The translations under genes were made by a program, and so were the position numbers. This document shows positions 63,524-64,000 of a DNA stretch of 64,000 bases, piece after piece. The notes under the pieces are model-generated. The model saw only the letters and a program-made list of their open reading frames with translations. It was not told the origin of the DNA and made no database searches. How positions within the stretch are numbered: the first letter of the stretch is position 1; each line of letters opens with the position of its first letter. This DNA is from Eledone cirrhosa (Eukaryota): contig OZ024750.1 in the NCBI GenBank assembly GCA_964016885.1, positions 47,368,001-47,432,000 on the forward strand. Direction: 5' to 3'.

Positions 63524-63685
63524 TTATTCAGGATTGAATCGGGAGTAACTACAGTAAGTTAGGTACTCAATACATAGCAGAGTATAGAAAAGCTTCTACA
63601 GGACTAGAACTATTTCATTCGTGGGAAATCGTCAGATGATTACTCACGAATGAAACAGTTCTAGTCCTGTTGAATATTTTCTATA

Positions 63686-63690
<5 letters not shown>
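63521..63690. mobile_element. Fold-back element family G with HHR-like core
   Basis: Inverted arms ~63583-63624 vs 63646-63686. Minus strand reads CTGACGA-tttc(ccac)gaat-GAAA; right arm has GAAACAGTT. Confidence 0.65.
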
Positions 63691-63730
<40 letters not shown>

Positions 63731-64000
63731 TCGACTCGAAAGTATTTTTATTTTTATTTTTAAGTTATAGGAGGCAAATTCTGAAAATAAATTGTAACTT
63801 TACCGACAATTTTATGATTTTCAAAAGTAAATAAATATGGTGATATGTGTGCTTTGCTGTCTTGTAGCGCGCATATAAAAGGCTTTTAAGAAGTTCTTTC
63901 AGTTATATTCTCAACATTCCTGTATGTACATAACTGCATTCTCGTATATATCACCTTGATCACCTTGTCCGACCAGTCTGTCGTGGTCCATTCGGCGCCG

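Overview
AT-rich eukaryotic, repeat-dominated DNA, most likely an octopus/cephalopod genome (inferred from the SINE family and (TA)n load). No intact host gene is supportable; nearly all long ORFs are (TA)n artefacts. Conventional content: decayed CR1-, Tx1/L1- and RTE-type LINEs, many tRNA-derived SINEs, a Helitron Pif1-helicase remnant and very long (TA)n tracts. The main signal is a hammerhead-ribozyme (HHR) system embedded in (TA)n. (1) A 7.2-kb locus (29682-36875) has ~14.3 near-identical 467-bp tandem monomers plus one inverted monomer, each with a minimal type I HHR: a non-LTR retrozyme-like array. (2) A diverged ~432-bp relative (49442-50129) has its inversion junction at the predicted self-cleavage site and shares an ATGCAAAT octamer with the 467-bp unit. 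(3) Several families of short fold-back Penelope-like (PLE) end fragments carry intact or decayed HHR cores. (4) A PLE remnant encodes a GIY-YIG-type C-terminus and is a plausible mobiliser. All folds and homologies were assigned by eye; nothing was computed or searched.
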